Source: an uncultured Methanosarcinaceae archaeon (lineage in GTDB: Archaea; Halobacteriota; Methanosarcinia; Methanosarcinales; Methanosarcinaceae). From it: a stretch of 64,000 nucleotides of DNA. A program made the translations under genes and the position numbers. The stretch covers positions 384,001 through 448,000 of the forward strand of contig CAVSHT010000005.1 in NCBI GenBank assembly GCA_963727895.1. Reading direction: 5' to 3'. Numbering within the stretch: the stretch's first letter is position 1; each line of letters begins with the position of its first letter. Shown here in pieces: positions 42,949 to 54,502 of this stretch. Below the pieces are notes generated by a model. The model was not told the origin of the DNA. It saw only the letters and a list, made by a program, of their open reading frames with translations, and did not search any database.

Positions 42949-43247
42949 TAGTAGAGTTAAGAAGAAATAGTAGAGTTAGTAGAGTTAAGAAGAAATAGTA
43001 GAGTTAGTAGAGTTAAGAAGAAATAGTAGAGTTAGTAGAGTTAAGAAGAAATAGTAGAGTTAGTAGAGTTAAGAAGAAATAGTAGAGTTAGTAGAGTTAA
43101 GAAGAAATAGTAGAGTTAGTAGAGTTAAGAAGAAATGTGACTTAGTAGAGTTAGTAGAGTTAAGAAGAAATGTGACTTAGTAGAGTTAGTAGAGTTAAGA
43201 AGAAATGTGACTTAGTAGAGTTAGTAGAGTTAAGAAGAAATGTGACT
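42949..43247. repeat. Hierarchical tandem repeat: 6 x 28 bp then 3 x 35 bp, built on TAGTAGAGT
   Basis: TAGTAGAGTTAGTAGAGTTAAGAAGAAA; later units prefixed with TGTGACT. Confidence 0.95.
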
Positions 43248-43384
43248 TTTAATTGATAATTCTATTTTTTTAAAAAGTAGTAATCGTGCCAGTATCAGCA
43301 TAATTACTACATTTTTTAATATTATCCTCAATTTTTTGATGGTCTAGATAAAAAAGAACTTGAAGAACTTGTAGATTATTATAA

Positions 43385-44123
43385 GGCATTGATACTTAAA
43401 CATAGTTATATATTATTAGAAAGTATATTTCTTCATGAACTGCCCCAGATGCAATAGTTCCAGTCACAAAAAGAATTGTATAGTTGGCGGGCGTCAACGG
43501 TACAAATGCTCTGATTGTGGCTATAACTATACAGTAGAGCTAAAATCAACTGCTTTTTCCGCTTCTGTAAAAAGACAGGCTTTACAACTCTATCTTGAAG
43601 GATTGGGCTTTCGTTCAATAGGACGAGTTTTAGGGGTAAGTCATGTTTCTGTCCAAAAATGGATAAAGAAATTTGGTCAGGAGTTAGAAGACCTAAAAAG
43701 TGAAAATGAGATATCTATTGTTGAACTGGATGAGATGCACACTTACATCGGTAACAAAAAAATATTGCTGGATCTGGATTGCTGTTGATAGAGTTGGGAA
43801 AAAGTTCATCAACTGCTCTTTTGATAGCAGAGGAACGGAAACTGGAAAACTACTCTGGGAAAAATTGAAGAAAAAAGAGATTGGAGAAGTGATGACCGAT
43901 CACTGGAGAGCATATGCAGAGGTTCTTCCAGAAAAGATCCATACTCAATCAAAAGCAGAAACGTATACTGTTGAAGGATATAACAGCATATTGAGGCACT
44001 TTCTAGCAAGATTGAGAAGAAAGACAAAGTGTGATACAAAAAGTCTTGAAATACTAAAGTACTCGGTTATTCTATTGATGGAATAAAGAAATAAAGAACT
44101 AGATATATTTAAGTAACAATGCC
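43385..44123 (+). mobile_element. IS1-family element (InsA 43435-43788, InsB joined by -1 frameshift at an A-run), 8-bp TSD
   Basis: TIRs GGCATTGATACTTAAA / TTTAAGTAACAATGCC; TSD TATTATAA; CPRC..CSDC zinc ribbon; early stop near the InsB end. Confidence 0.95.
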
Positions 44124-44270
44124 TATTATAAATATAGAATTTGAAGATAGCGAATCAAAAGATCCTTATAAACTTGCTTATTGAAATTACAATTTAGGAA
44201 TAATTGAACTGTTTATGGGTTATTCAAGAGAAGCTGTAAAATACTTTGAAATTGCTGAATCAATATCCTT

Positions 44271-45110
44271 GGTTCCGTTGCAAAAAATTTCAGAATCAGC
44301 ACGTAAATCTACAGACAATGAACAAAAGTTAAAATATTCAAAAAGATGTGTCAATATTATAGAACTATTCCAAATAATTGATTAATATATTTAGCTTCAT
44401 TAAGACCAGAGTAATTTAGATTCTTGACTTGTCCTTTTTTAATCATATTCATCGCTTCAATTCCTTTTAAAGTTTTATTAGCAGATCGAAAAGACTGAAA
44501 TCCTAACATTGGATTAACTATTCGTTTAATGGATCTATGATCCTGTTCTACTTGATTTGTCGAATGCCTGTGTTTCTAGGTAGTATTTTATCATTTTTCA
44601 GTTTATTTATAGCAGGTGGATAAGCTGGATTTTTATCAACTGTGATTACTCTTGGAATTTGATTATGATTAGAATTCAAAGCTTTCTTAAAGAAACGTTT
44701 TGCTGCTTTTTGGTCTCGTTTTGCACTTAACATGAAATCAATTGTATCTCCATTTGAGTCAACTGCTCGGTAAAAATATTTCCATTCACTTCTCACTTTT
44801 ATATAGGTTTCATCAACTCTCCAAGAGTTATTAGTTGGTCTTAAATATCTACGTACCTTCTTTTCGATTTCAGGAGAGTATTGATGTACCCATCTCATAA
44901 TGGTTGTATGGTTGACTATTACTCCCCTTTCTGCCATCATTTCCTTTAAATTTCGATAACTTAATGGATATTTTAAGTACAATCTAACATTCAATAAAAT
45001 AATTTCACCCACAAAATGCTTCCATTTAAAGGGATTAGATAGCATGTCATTATCCTTTACTTCCCTTTTATTTGATTATATCCTTAACAGATATTTTTTG
45101 CAACGGAACC
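44271..45110 (-). mobile_element. IS6-family element; transposase broken by a small deletion in YLNNIIEQ
   Basis: Both TIRs GGTTCCGTTGCAAAAAA; ORF 44548-45045 stops early. Confidence 0.93.
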
Positions 45111-45747
45111 CAGTAATCTAAGTATAACATACTACTATCTTGGAGATTTGAAAAAGGCTATTGAATATTCAGAGCAGGGACTTAAAATTGCTAAAGAAAT
45201 TGGAAATAAAAAAGAAGAACAATTTATTTTCAAAAATCTTGGTATTATTTACGAACAACTTAGTCATATAAGAAAATCGATTGAGTATTATGAACAGGCC
45301 TTAAAGATTTCCAGAGAACTCGGGTACAGGCGCGGAGAAGGTTCAGACCTTGGAAATCTGGGGAACGCATACAGTTATCTGGGAGAGACCAGAAAAGCAA
45401 TTGAATATTACGAACAGGCCTTGAAGATTTCCAGAGAAATAGGAGACCGAAGATTAGAAGGAAGTTATCTTGGAAATCTTGGGAATGCATACAGTTATCT
45501 GGGAGAGACCAGAAAGGCAATTGAATATTATAAACAGGCCTTGAAGATTTCAAGAGAAATAGGAGACAGGAAGGGAGAAGGGGAAGATCTTGGAAATCTG
45601 GGAAACGCATATAGACATCTAGGAGAAACAAGAAAAGCAATTGAGTTTTTGAAGGAGTCCCTTGCTATAGGAAAAGCAATTGAAGACCCACGGATAATTA
45701 GCTTTTGCGAGCAGAAACTGAAGGCACTTGAAATATTTGATGAATAA
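45111..45747 (+). pseudogene. TPR repeat protein, 3' part; the 5' part (about 43250-44270) is disrupted by IS1 and IS6
   Basis: 40-aa repeats LGNLGNAYSYLGETRKAIEYYEQALKISREIGD; frame open from the IS6 end. Confidence 0.88.
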
Positions 45748-45971
45748 TATATTCTTTGTTTAACGATTTTTGTACTTAAAAATAACACTCATAAATAACC
45801 TATAAAAACCTTAATTAGAATCAATAAAAATTTCTGAAACAACCCAGAAGTAAAACCAAAAACCCTTAAAACCAATAAACTATTAAGCAATCAATCACAA
45901 ACGTTAACTGTTATTTTTATCTAATTTTAGTTTTTTAACAATCATTTTTTCTCAGCTTTAAAGGTGGAACT

Positions 45972-46820
45972 ATGCCTCATATAATGGAATTGCTTGGAAA
46001 AACAAGAGTAGTAGTAAAGGACGGAAAGGTTATAGAAGTCGGAAAGCCTGAAGTCGAATGGTGTCCTCTTTTTGCCAAAGTCCGCGGAATCCAGAAGATT
46101 ACCCCTGAAGAAGTCAAGAAGAATATGGAATTCAGGATATGCGATTTTGGGATGTTTACTGAGAAGCGCAGGCTTGAACTTGAAGACTTTGTAGGTTTTG
46201 GAGCATCGGAAGTTATGATGACCGGCTTAAGCAGGGGTTTGCTTGACACAACTGTAACAGCCTGTGAAGGCGCAGGGACTGTAATTTCAAATAACCCTAC
46301 TCTTGTCCAGGGCATGGGTGGCAGGATGTCCGGCCTTGTCGAAACCGAACCAATCGATGCAATCATAAACGGGATTCAGGAACGCGGAGGAATCGTGCTT
46401 GATCCTTCAACTGCAAAAATGGATTCTGTCGCAGGAGTTAAAAAGGCAGCAGAACTCGGATACAAAAAAATTGCAGTAACTGCTGCTTTTGCTGAAACAT
46501 CAAAAGAGTTACGAAAACTTGAAGCTGAACTCGGGCTTGATTTGATAGTAATTGGCGTACATGTTACAGGTTTAAACAAAGAAGAAGCCCAGATTCTTGT
46601 GGAAAATTCAGACATTGTGACCAGTTGTGCTTCAAAGCATATCAGAGACATCGCAAAGCCTCTTGCTCAGGTCGGAACTGCAGTTCCACTTTTCGCGCTT
46701 ACGCAGAAAGGAAAAGAACTTGTGATTGAAAGGGCAAAGGATATTCAAAGCCCGATTCTGATCAATACCATGGCTCTTCCTGTGCTGCCTGATCACAAAC
46801 AGCCAAAAGAATTAAAGTAA
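45972..46820 (+). CDS. Methanogenesis marker protein 8 (DUF2099)
   Basis: HIMELLGK, CPLF, FGASE, ACEGAGTV, QGMGGRMSGL, VHVTG, SCAS. Confidence 0.88.
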   Translation: MPHIMELLGKTRVVVKDGKVIEVGKPEVEWCPLFAKVRGIQKITPEEVKKNMEFRICDFGMFTEKRRLELEDFVGFGASEVMMTGLSRGLLDTTVTACEGAGTVISNNPTLVQGMGGRMSGLVETEPIDAIINGIQERGGIVLDPSTAKMDSVAGVKKAAELGYKKIAVTAAFAETSKELRKLEAELGLDLIVIGVHVTGLNKEEAQILVENSDIVTSCASKHIRDIAKPLAQVGTAVPLFALTQKGKELVIERAKDIQSPILINTMALPVLPDHKQPKELK

Positions 46821-47218
46821 AACAAAAGAAAACGGCATCAAAACCGTGATTATTTTTTACTTTAACTTTTTAACTCTGTTCTTTAACTTTTTCTATTTTT
46901 GGTTCTCTAAAACCCTTGATCAAATCAACAAAAAAGGATCTCATAAACAAACAAGAGTCCCAGATTTAGACGTTGATATCCAGATAATATCTTTAACCAG
47001 TGGTATCTGAGTTTCCTTTAATTGCAGAATTTCTACAAGACTTATTTTCTTCTTTAGCTTCTTAATTTTCGATTCCGATTTTTGTCTTATTTATTCCCTT
47101 AATCTTCATAATTTTTATAAATTTTAATTTAAATAAAAAAATTTAAGAATTACACTAGTTATTATAATTATTAACATTTTTTATATGAAAAATAAATAAA
47201 AGATGATGGAGTAGGATA

Positions 47219-48454
47219 ATGAAAATTAGCAAAAATTTGCATTCATTAACTCTGGTATCAGCAACTTTGATTTTATTTTTAATTCTGGTTTCGTCTACTG
47301 CATCGGCAGCTATAACTGAAACAAGGATCACTACCCACGGCACAGCTAATGTGCCTGCTATCTATAATAACAAAATAGTTTGGCAGGATAGCCGGAATGA
47401 TAATGAAAAAGCAGATATCTACATGTACGATCTTTTAACTAAAAAAGAAACTAAAGTTAGCTCAAATAACTCAAATCACTACTCCCCTGCAATATACGGA
47501 AATAAGATCGTATGGCTTGAGTGGTATGCTAACCCTGTAGATTTAGTAGATGGTGGATTTTACATGAAAGACCTTTCTACTAAAAAACAAAGCTTGATCA
47601 TTACTTATAGTGACCTTGTAGATAACCCTGCAATCTATGGCAACAAGGTTGTTTTTGAAATTTATAATGTTGCACAGTCGGATATCTACTTATATAACAT
47701 CTCCACAAAAAAATTAACTCAGATTAGCAGTCCTTCAATAGGCGCGTTCACTCCTGATATATACGGTGACAAGATTGTGTGGCATGAAGAGGACACCGAT
47801 GGAAACTCAGATATCTACGTGTACGATTTATCCACTTCCAAGGAAACCAAAATCACCACTAGCGGATCAGCATACAATCCTGATATCTATGGTAATAGAA
47901 TCGTGTGGGAAGATGCTCGCAACGGAAACTGGGATATTTACATGTATGATCTTTCTACAAAGAAGGAAACTCAGATCACCACAAATTCATCAGATTCAGA
48001 AAGCCCTGTTATATATGGTAATAATATTGTGTGGCAGGATGATCGCAATGGGAACTGGGACATATACGCATATGATCTCAAGACCCATCAACAAATATAC
48101 ACTACCGACAAATCTGATCAGGTTTCACCTGATATCTACGGAAACAGGATAGTTTGGCTAGATGGTAACTCTGACAGTGGGGATATCTACACAGGCACTA
48201 TTAGCTATCTCCCAGTAGCTGCGTTTACGGCTTCACCTACTTCTAGAAATTCACCTTTGAACGTAAAATTTACTGATAAAAGCACAGATGCCTATTATTG
48301 GTCCTGGAACTTTGGTGATAAAAGCACTTCAACAGTTCAGAATCCAACGCACAAATATACAAAAGCAGGAAAATATACCATTAGCTTAACAGTAAAGAAT
48401 GCAAAAGGCAGTAATACTAAAACTGTGTCCAATTATGTAATAGTGAAAAAGTAA
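47219..48454 (+). CDS. Methanosarcina beta-propeller + PKD surface protein
   Basis: Signal peptide; repeats PDIYGNRIVWEDARNGNWDIYMYDLST; WNFGD PKD. Confidence 0.92.
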   Translation: MKISKNLHSLTLVSATLILFLILVSSTASAAITETRITTHGTANVPAIYNNKIVWQDSRNDNEKADIYMYDLLTKKETKVSSNNSNHYSPAIYGNKIVWLEWYANPVDLVDGGFYMKDLSTKKQSLIITYSDLVDNPAIYGNKVVFEIYNVAQSDIYLYNISTKKLTQISSPSIGAFTPDIYGDKIVWHEEDTDGNSDIYVYDLSTSKETKITTSGSAYNPDIYGNRIVWEDARNGNWDIYMYDLSTKKETQITTNSSDSESPVIYGNNIVWQDDRNGNWDIYAYDLKTHQQIYTTDKSDQVSPDIYGNRIVWLDGNSDSGDIYTGTISYLPVAAFTASPTSRNSPLNVKFTDKSTDAYYWSWNFGDKSTSTVQNPTHKYTKAGKYTISLTVKNAKGSNTKTVSNYVIVKK

Positions 48455-48629
48455 TGAGAATTTTATATTAAAAAGGTAAAATCATAAAAAGGAGGGGGAG
48501 TATTTTATTAATATTCATATTTTCTTAAAATTTTATGGATAAACGTAAATTTTCTATATTTGCTGAATATCTAAAAATTTAACAAAATATAAGAAACAAC
48601 TTTATGCGATATATTCAGCTTTATTTGTT

Positions 48630-48735
48630 CTTACACAGAAAATAACTTGTGATTGAAAGAGCAAAGGATATTCAAAGTCCGATTCTGATGAATACTATGA
48701 AATTACCTATATTGCATGAAAATAAGTAGCAAAAA
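48630..48735 (+). repeat. Degenerate duplicate of the 3' end of the marker-8 gene (46698-46808)
   Basis: AACTTGTGATTGAAAGRGCAAAGGATATTCAAAGYCCGATTCTGATSAATACYATG shared. Confidence 0.85.
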
Positions 48736-48911
48736 ATCTTGTTTTAAGGAAAGTAACTCAGGCAGTAGCTTATTGACTTATTTGTGTCTGTTATGTAGTA
48801 AAATTACTGATTTTTTGCAGGATGTTACATATTATGAAATTTTGTTGTAATCTATATTCCGGGTGTCGGCTGAAATAATAAACTAATGCCTGAGAAACTG
48901 ATTTATGTCAA

Positions 48912-49043
48912 TTACTTTTCTTTCTTACCGGGTTTGGATGCTTTTTCTTTCTTTGACGACTTATCAGCTGGAGCCTTTGTCTGCGGCTTTGCACAGGAAG
49001 CACCGGCTTTTGGACTGTCGCCTATTGTAGATTTTTTTGCCAG
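48912..49043 (-). CDS. Small Lys-rich protein, 43 aa, CTG start
   Basis: GAGGTG RBS, TTATATATAA upstream; (M)AKKSTIGDSPKAGASCAKPQTKAPADKSSKKEKASKPGKKEK. Confidence 0.6.
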   Translation of the reverse strand: MAKKSTIGDSPKAGASCAKPQTKAPADKSSKKEKASKPGKKEK

Positions 49044-49229
49044 TTAAAAACACCTCTTATATATAATTTTAAGTAAGTACATAGGGATACTGTCTTAAAG
49101 TTATATATAAGTTTCCTGCCCCAATTCTCTATCAAAAATTCCTATTGAATCTACATATCAATAATATATTTATATAATAGGTTTTATTTTGTGCCTTTGA
49201 ATTTTTAAATTTTTAAAGAATCCGATATA

Positions 49230-49595
49230 TTATCGAGATCTTTTTCTTCTTGCTTCTTTTCCCGTTTTTTCTAGTCTTTTATTTATTATATACTCTCCAA
49301 TCGGATTGACAAAACCAAGAAGGATTCCTAGCCCTGTAAAAATGTAGATCAACGGTAAAAATTTTTTCCAGATCAGTTTTAGGGGCAAAATCTCCATATC
49401 CCACAGTTGCCAGGGTGATAACCGAAAAATAAAAGGAATCAAGCCATCTCCATCCTTCAATCCCTATGGTAAAAAACGGTGCCCACTGCGAGAGTTATCA
49501 CAGTTAGATACACGAGTGATCTGAATTTCGGGTCTTTAAGCAGCGTTATTAGTGTTCTGAAAAAATGTCCAGAATGTATAAAGAAAAGGAATCAT
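49230..49595 (-). pseudogene. KcsA-type potassium channel, frameshifted
   Basis: Hand reading gives EGWRWLDSFYFSVITLATVGYGDFAP in a frame different from both the start and the end. Confidence 0.85.
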
Positions 49596-49679
49596 TATCA
49601 TTTCCCCTGGAAAGTTAAGTCACTCAATTCAAGTTTGTCTCAAAAAGTACTTGCCAAAATTTTGAGTAAGTTTCTCCCC

Positions 49680-51137
49680 CTAAAAATACGAGCTCTCAAT
49701 TAGATCCCACTTTCTAAAACTCTGTCCAAGAAGATAAATAGCAAAAGGTATCATCAGAAGATTTAGAAGCCCATAATAGGAGCTAAACATTGACAGGATA
49801 ATATTTACCAGCAGGAGAGGCATGATTGAGAGTGTATATATTGCAAATGTCTTGCCGTTATAGAGGTTTATGGAAGGAGAAAGCCCTGTCAGATAAATAA
49901 GTAATGCCAGCCCTATTGATTTTCCTCTCAATTTCGCTTTGAAACCATGTAAAGCGAAATTGAGAGGAAAAGCAGCAGGGCTGGCAGCAGAGATTCAGGA
50001 TCTTTTTTAAGGGTGAGCAGGATAAGAATTATAAGCGGAATCAGATTAAGGAAAAGGTAACTGTTTAGTTTGCTCTTTATCATATCCGAAACTTTCAGGG
50101 GAAGGAAAGCATACGAAGTAAAGATATCGTATTCTGTAAGCCAGTTATACATTGAAGATGAAAGTACTCCGAGAACAAGGGAAAACAGGATTAGAGTATT
50201 CAAAGTCGGGAGAACTCTTTCCAGAGCTGAAAGAAGCGTCCAGATCAGAGACGCAGGCAGCAGGAACGAAAAAATTAACTTTCCGAGTCCTCCTTCACTT
50301 CTTTTCAGGTCAAGGAAATCCTTTGAGACAAAAGCTGCATACCTGTATGAACCAAGCTTCTCCGCACAGCCTGGAAAATGAATTTGGAAAGCTTTTTTTC
50401 TCAGAAGGGAAGTCTACCTTCAGGAAAAGCAGGGATAAAGCCAAAGGGATGATTATAAGCACAGATGAAGAGCAGAAACTGGTTTTTTGATGGAAGCAGG
50501 AAAAAAGAAAGGCTTGGCAGGGTATAAAATATTTCTGAATCCAGATTTCCGGAAATAAAGAGCAGGAAGAATACAGCCAGCCAGCAAACCCGAAGTCAGC
50601 AGCTTTCCGGAATGTGCATAAATAGTAGATAAGAAAAATACCAGGGAAAGCCCGATCATAAAGGAAAGAGAAAGGGTCAGGAGGAGAAGGAGAAGGGTAA
50701 CAGGAAAATGGAAATTTTCTGTCGGGTATAAGGGCTACAGCAAGTGAAAAGCCTGCAATGAAAGGCAGCACGTAGAGAACAAAGTAGTATACGATATCTT
50801 TTACCAGGAAGTTTGCAAAGATCAATCTCTCGGAAACGGGAAGCGTCCTTGAAGAATATGCTATCAGGCTTGCCTGCCCAAAACGCCGGTTCATGAATTC
50901 CCTACCTAGAAGCCCGAAGGCTCCTACCATGCCTGCCAAGAAGTAAGAAACAGATAATGCATTCCCGAGCGCTATCTGGGCATATGTAAAGATTTCCCTG
51001 AAAACCGGCAGAACAAGGCTTACGAAAAAAGTGAACAGGAAGATAAAGAAAGGAAAGAGGGAAAAACCATTGTTCCCGAAGAGATTTGAATGCATTCTCC
51101 ATTCTTCTTTAAGCATGCTTTTGAATATATCAAACAT
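49680..51137 (-). pseudogene. ABC transporter permease, multiple frameshifts
   Basis: MLKEEWRMHS..F, NRRFGQASL; hydrophobic fragments in several frames; next to an ABC ATPase. Confidence 0.75.
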
Positions 51138-51330
51138 AAAATCCCTGCTAGTTTTCCTCTTTATATTGATTATATTTTTGTTATTTTCCTCTTACTATTG
51201 CTCTTACTTTTGTGCCTTTTTATTTCTTTATCATCTTCGTTCTTACGTATCTTATTTTTAATCCAGTTTTACTTTTTATTTAATATGTGTATACAAAATT
51301 ACTAGAGAATCTCACGTGCCAGACTTTTTG

Positions 51331-52080
51331 TTACGCGTACTGTGCATGTGTACTCGAAAAAGTCTCGAAATCCATTGGTCGGCTTACAAGTTCAAGGAAG
51401 AATTCTTCAAAATTTTTGCCCTGAAGGACAGGATCGTCCAGGCGACCTGTATAAACCAGTTTTCCTTTGTAAATAATTCCAATGCTGGTACAGATCTGTT
51501 TTGCAATCTCGAGGATATGTGTCGAAATAAAGATTGTTCCTCCGTTTTTCACATAACCTACGAGAAAATTCTTTACTTTTTTCTGCATTACAGGATCCAG
51601 GTTGATAAGAGGCTCATCGATAATAGCAAGCTCGGGCTCATGAAGGAAAGCCTGCGCAAACATTAATTTCTGCCGTGTGCCTCTTGAAAGGTCTTTGCAC
51701 AGCGAATTTTTCTGATCCTTGAAATCAAAGAATTCAAACCATTTTTCGCAAATATCTTCGTATTGCTTCATTTTCCTGATCTTTGCAACGAAATGGAGAT
51801 ATTCTTCTGCAGTCAAAAAACTTGGTGGCGTTTCCTGTTCAGGAATAACACCTACGAGTTCTCGGACTTTTATTGGGTTTTCAAGCACATCCACTCCATG
51901 TACTTTCAAGAAGCCTGCTGTTGGTTTTATTTGACCGGTCAGCATTTTGATCATGGTAGTTTTTCCAGAGCCATTCGGACCCAGAAGGCCAAAAAGTTCA
52001 CCTTTACCAATGGAAAGAGAAACTTCATTTACTGCTTTTGTACTTTCGTAGTATTTAGAAAGATTTCTTATTTCAATCAT
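51331..52080 (-). CDS. ABC transporter ATP-binding protein
   Basis: GPNGSGKTT, LSRG, IIDEP, STH; GGAG RBS before ATG 52080. Confidence 0.93.
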   Translation of the reverse strand: MIEIRNLSKYYESTKAVNEVSLSIGKGELFGLLGPNGSGKTTMIKMLTGQIKPTAGFLKVHGVDVLENPIKVRELVGVIPEQETPPSFLTAEEYLHFVAKIRKMKQYEDICEKWFEFFDFKDQKNSLCKDLSRGTRQKLMFAQAFLHEPELAIIDEPLINLDPVMQKKVKNFLVGYVKNGGTIFISTHILEIAKQICTSIGIIYKGKLVYTGRLDDPVLQGKNFEEFFLELVSRPMDFETFSSTHAQYA

Positions 52081-52512
52081 CTTTAAGGCTCCCGAAAAGT
52101 CATTATTTACAGACAAATAAGGTAAAATGCCAGTAGAATTCATTAGAGCAAATTATAGATCAGAAATCAATTAAATTCAGAGTCAATCAAGAGTCATAAT
52201 TTTTGGAAGAACCAGGATTAGAACAAGAATTAAGGTTGAACCTGTAATTCATTAATAAAATTTTTAGTGTTAAAATGTACATCTTAAAATATATAAAAGA
52301 GTTTCGTACACTACTTTCGAATCTATAATCCGGGCTAAAATCAGGATTTAAGATTCTGCCCTGATATCGTTTCCAGCAAAGCACAAAAACATTATAAGAA
52401 GCTTGTAAAAGGCCAGAAGAATTTAAAGGAGAATTATAAAATCTAAAAAGATACTAGGTTAAATAAGTTTTAAGTTACATCAAATTGACTTTTCTCTTTT
52501 CCAGCTTCTTTC

Positions 52513-52879
52513 TTAGACCCTTACTTTTAACTTGTGAATATTTCCCGAAGAAAATCCATCATTTACCGGGCTCAAAGCGTTAAGCTCACTTGCAGTCTCG
52601 TTTAGAGAAAGCATAAAATCCGTCCTTATCCTGAAAATGAGCTCTTCAGGCTCTACACAGCAAAAAAGAGTTGGTTCACCCTCAATTATCCGGACATATC
52701 CTTTTTTCTCCATTTCTCTGAGAGTTCTATAGATTTTGGGTCTTGGGACTCTGGCATCTTTCTGCAATTTCACTGGCTCGTGCCTGCTTAAGGCAGACAA
52801 GCACTGCGTAGATTTTGGCTTCGTTTTCAGTAAATCCCAGTTTTTGAAGATTTTCTACAATTTTAAGAGTCACTCTCAT
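52513..52879 (-). pseudogene. TrmB-family HTH regulator, frameshifted
   Basis: LQKLGFTENEAKIY..ASEIA in one frame, VPRPKIYRTL..KGYV in another. Confidence 0.8.
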
Positions 52880-52909
52880 TTCCCTCCTTTCACCCAGTCT
52901 CTGTTAAAT

Positions 52910-53366
52910 TCATCTAGCTTGTTGACTAACAGCCTTTCTTAAAATCCTCACCATTGTCTCGAGACTCTGCACATAGTCTTCTATATCCTTCTCATCTACA
53001 AGCTTAAGCAACTCATCAATAATCTGATTGGAATAGTTATAACATTCTAATCCCTTCTCAGTCAGCGAAACGAGCACTTTTCTTCGGTCTTCAGGATCAG
53101 TTTTTCGAAATACCATTCCTTTTTTCTCCAGATCATCAACCATTCTTGTGAGGCTACTTTTTTCCATCCCCGTGTACTTCCCTATAGTTGAGGGCATGAT
53201 TTCACCTTCCATGCCTATGATCTTGATTACCATGGGTTGATTCTTGCTCAGATTTTTAAACTTGCTAATAATTTTCTTCTGAAAAGTTTGTTCAAAAATC
53301 AAACTATCAAGAGCATCTCTTTCCAGTCATCAGAAGAATTGTCTTTTTCAGCATTGCTTCATCCAT
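52910..53366 (-). pseudogene. MarR-family regulator, frameshift near the 5' end
   Basis: KSSLTRMVDDLEKKG..DPEDRRKVLVSLTEKG; upstream ATG not continuous with this frame. Confidence 0.78.
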
Positions 53367-53699
53367 TTTTTTCTCACTGTATCCCTTAAACTCGATTCTG
53401 ACATTGTAACGTTTCAACGAAAATATTTTTTGACTGTATTAAATAATATAAAATAATATTGATTTATCAACTATTGATTTGCAGATATTTGATTATTCAA
53501 TAGTTGATAAATCAACAATGTTGTAACCATATTTAAGCTTCACGGTTTACCTGTACGCAAAAAACTCTGATTTTCAAAAATTATTATTTGGAAAGTTAGA
53601 TGGATTAAAAGGTTTAAAATAGAATAAAACTAAAGACTTAAAACTGGTTGCAAAATTTATTTCATTCTTTGACTATCAGCTTTTACCTGGGGACTCATC

Positions 53700-54502
53700 C
53701 CTGAAAGAAACACTTTTTGAACTCAAGTCCTCATTTATGGATTATTTTAAAGAAAGAGAAGCCGAAATTAATGGTTCTCTTCTTGTTGTACTGGCTGGAG
53801 AAAATCTTCTCTTTCTCGGACTGCCTGGAACAGCAAAAACCCAGCTTGCAAAAAATATCTGTCAATCTATTGAAGGTGGAAATTTTTTTAATTATCTCCT
53901 TACAAGCTTTACCACTCCTAAAGAGCTATTTGGTCCTCTATCCTTAAAAGCTTTGGAAAAAGACGAATTTCGTCGAAAAATCGATGGCTGTATCCCTACT
54001 GCACATATTGCTTTGCTGGACGAAATTTTTAAAGCAAGCAGTGCGATTCTGAATAGTCTCCTTACAATTCTCAATGAGCACAAATATCACAACGGGCAAG
54101 AGATTGTAGATGTACCCCTGCTCTCGGTTTTCGGGGCATCCAATGAGTTCCCTGATGAAAACGAGAGTCTTGAAGCCCTTTATGACCGCTTTTTATTCAG
54201 ATACAGATTGGCTTATATTCAGAACGAAGAGAATTTCCGGAATCTTCTTTTCAGGAACCCTGAAGAGTTCAAACCTGTTTTAAGAATCACTGTTTCCTCA
54301 ATATACGAACTTCGAGAACGTGCAAAAGATTTTTCTGTTGACCCTGATGTTGAGATTATTATAACTGAACTTAGAAAAAGTCTTCAGCTTCAAGAAATTG
54401 AAATCTCAGACCGGCGCTGGAAAAAAGTTGTTCAGGTACTCAAGGTTGCAGCTTACAGTAGCGGGTGTAAAACCGTGGACAGAACAATGGTACTTCTGCT
54501 TC
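53700..54502 (+). pseudogene. RavA/MoxR-type AAA+ ATPase truncated by IS6
   Basis: GLPGTAKT, ELFGP, LDEIFKASSAILNSLL, ASNE, ALYDRF, ISDRRW; cut at the TIR. Confidence 0.88.

Noticed and set aside
42949..43247. CRISPR array (28-35 bp periodicity)
   Set aside because: No unique spacers; it is a nested tandem repeat.
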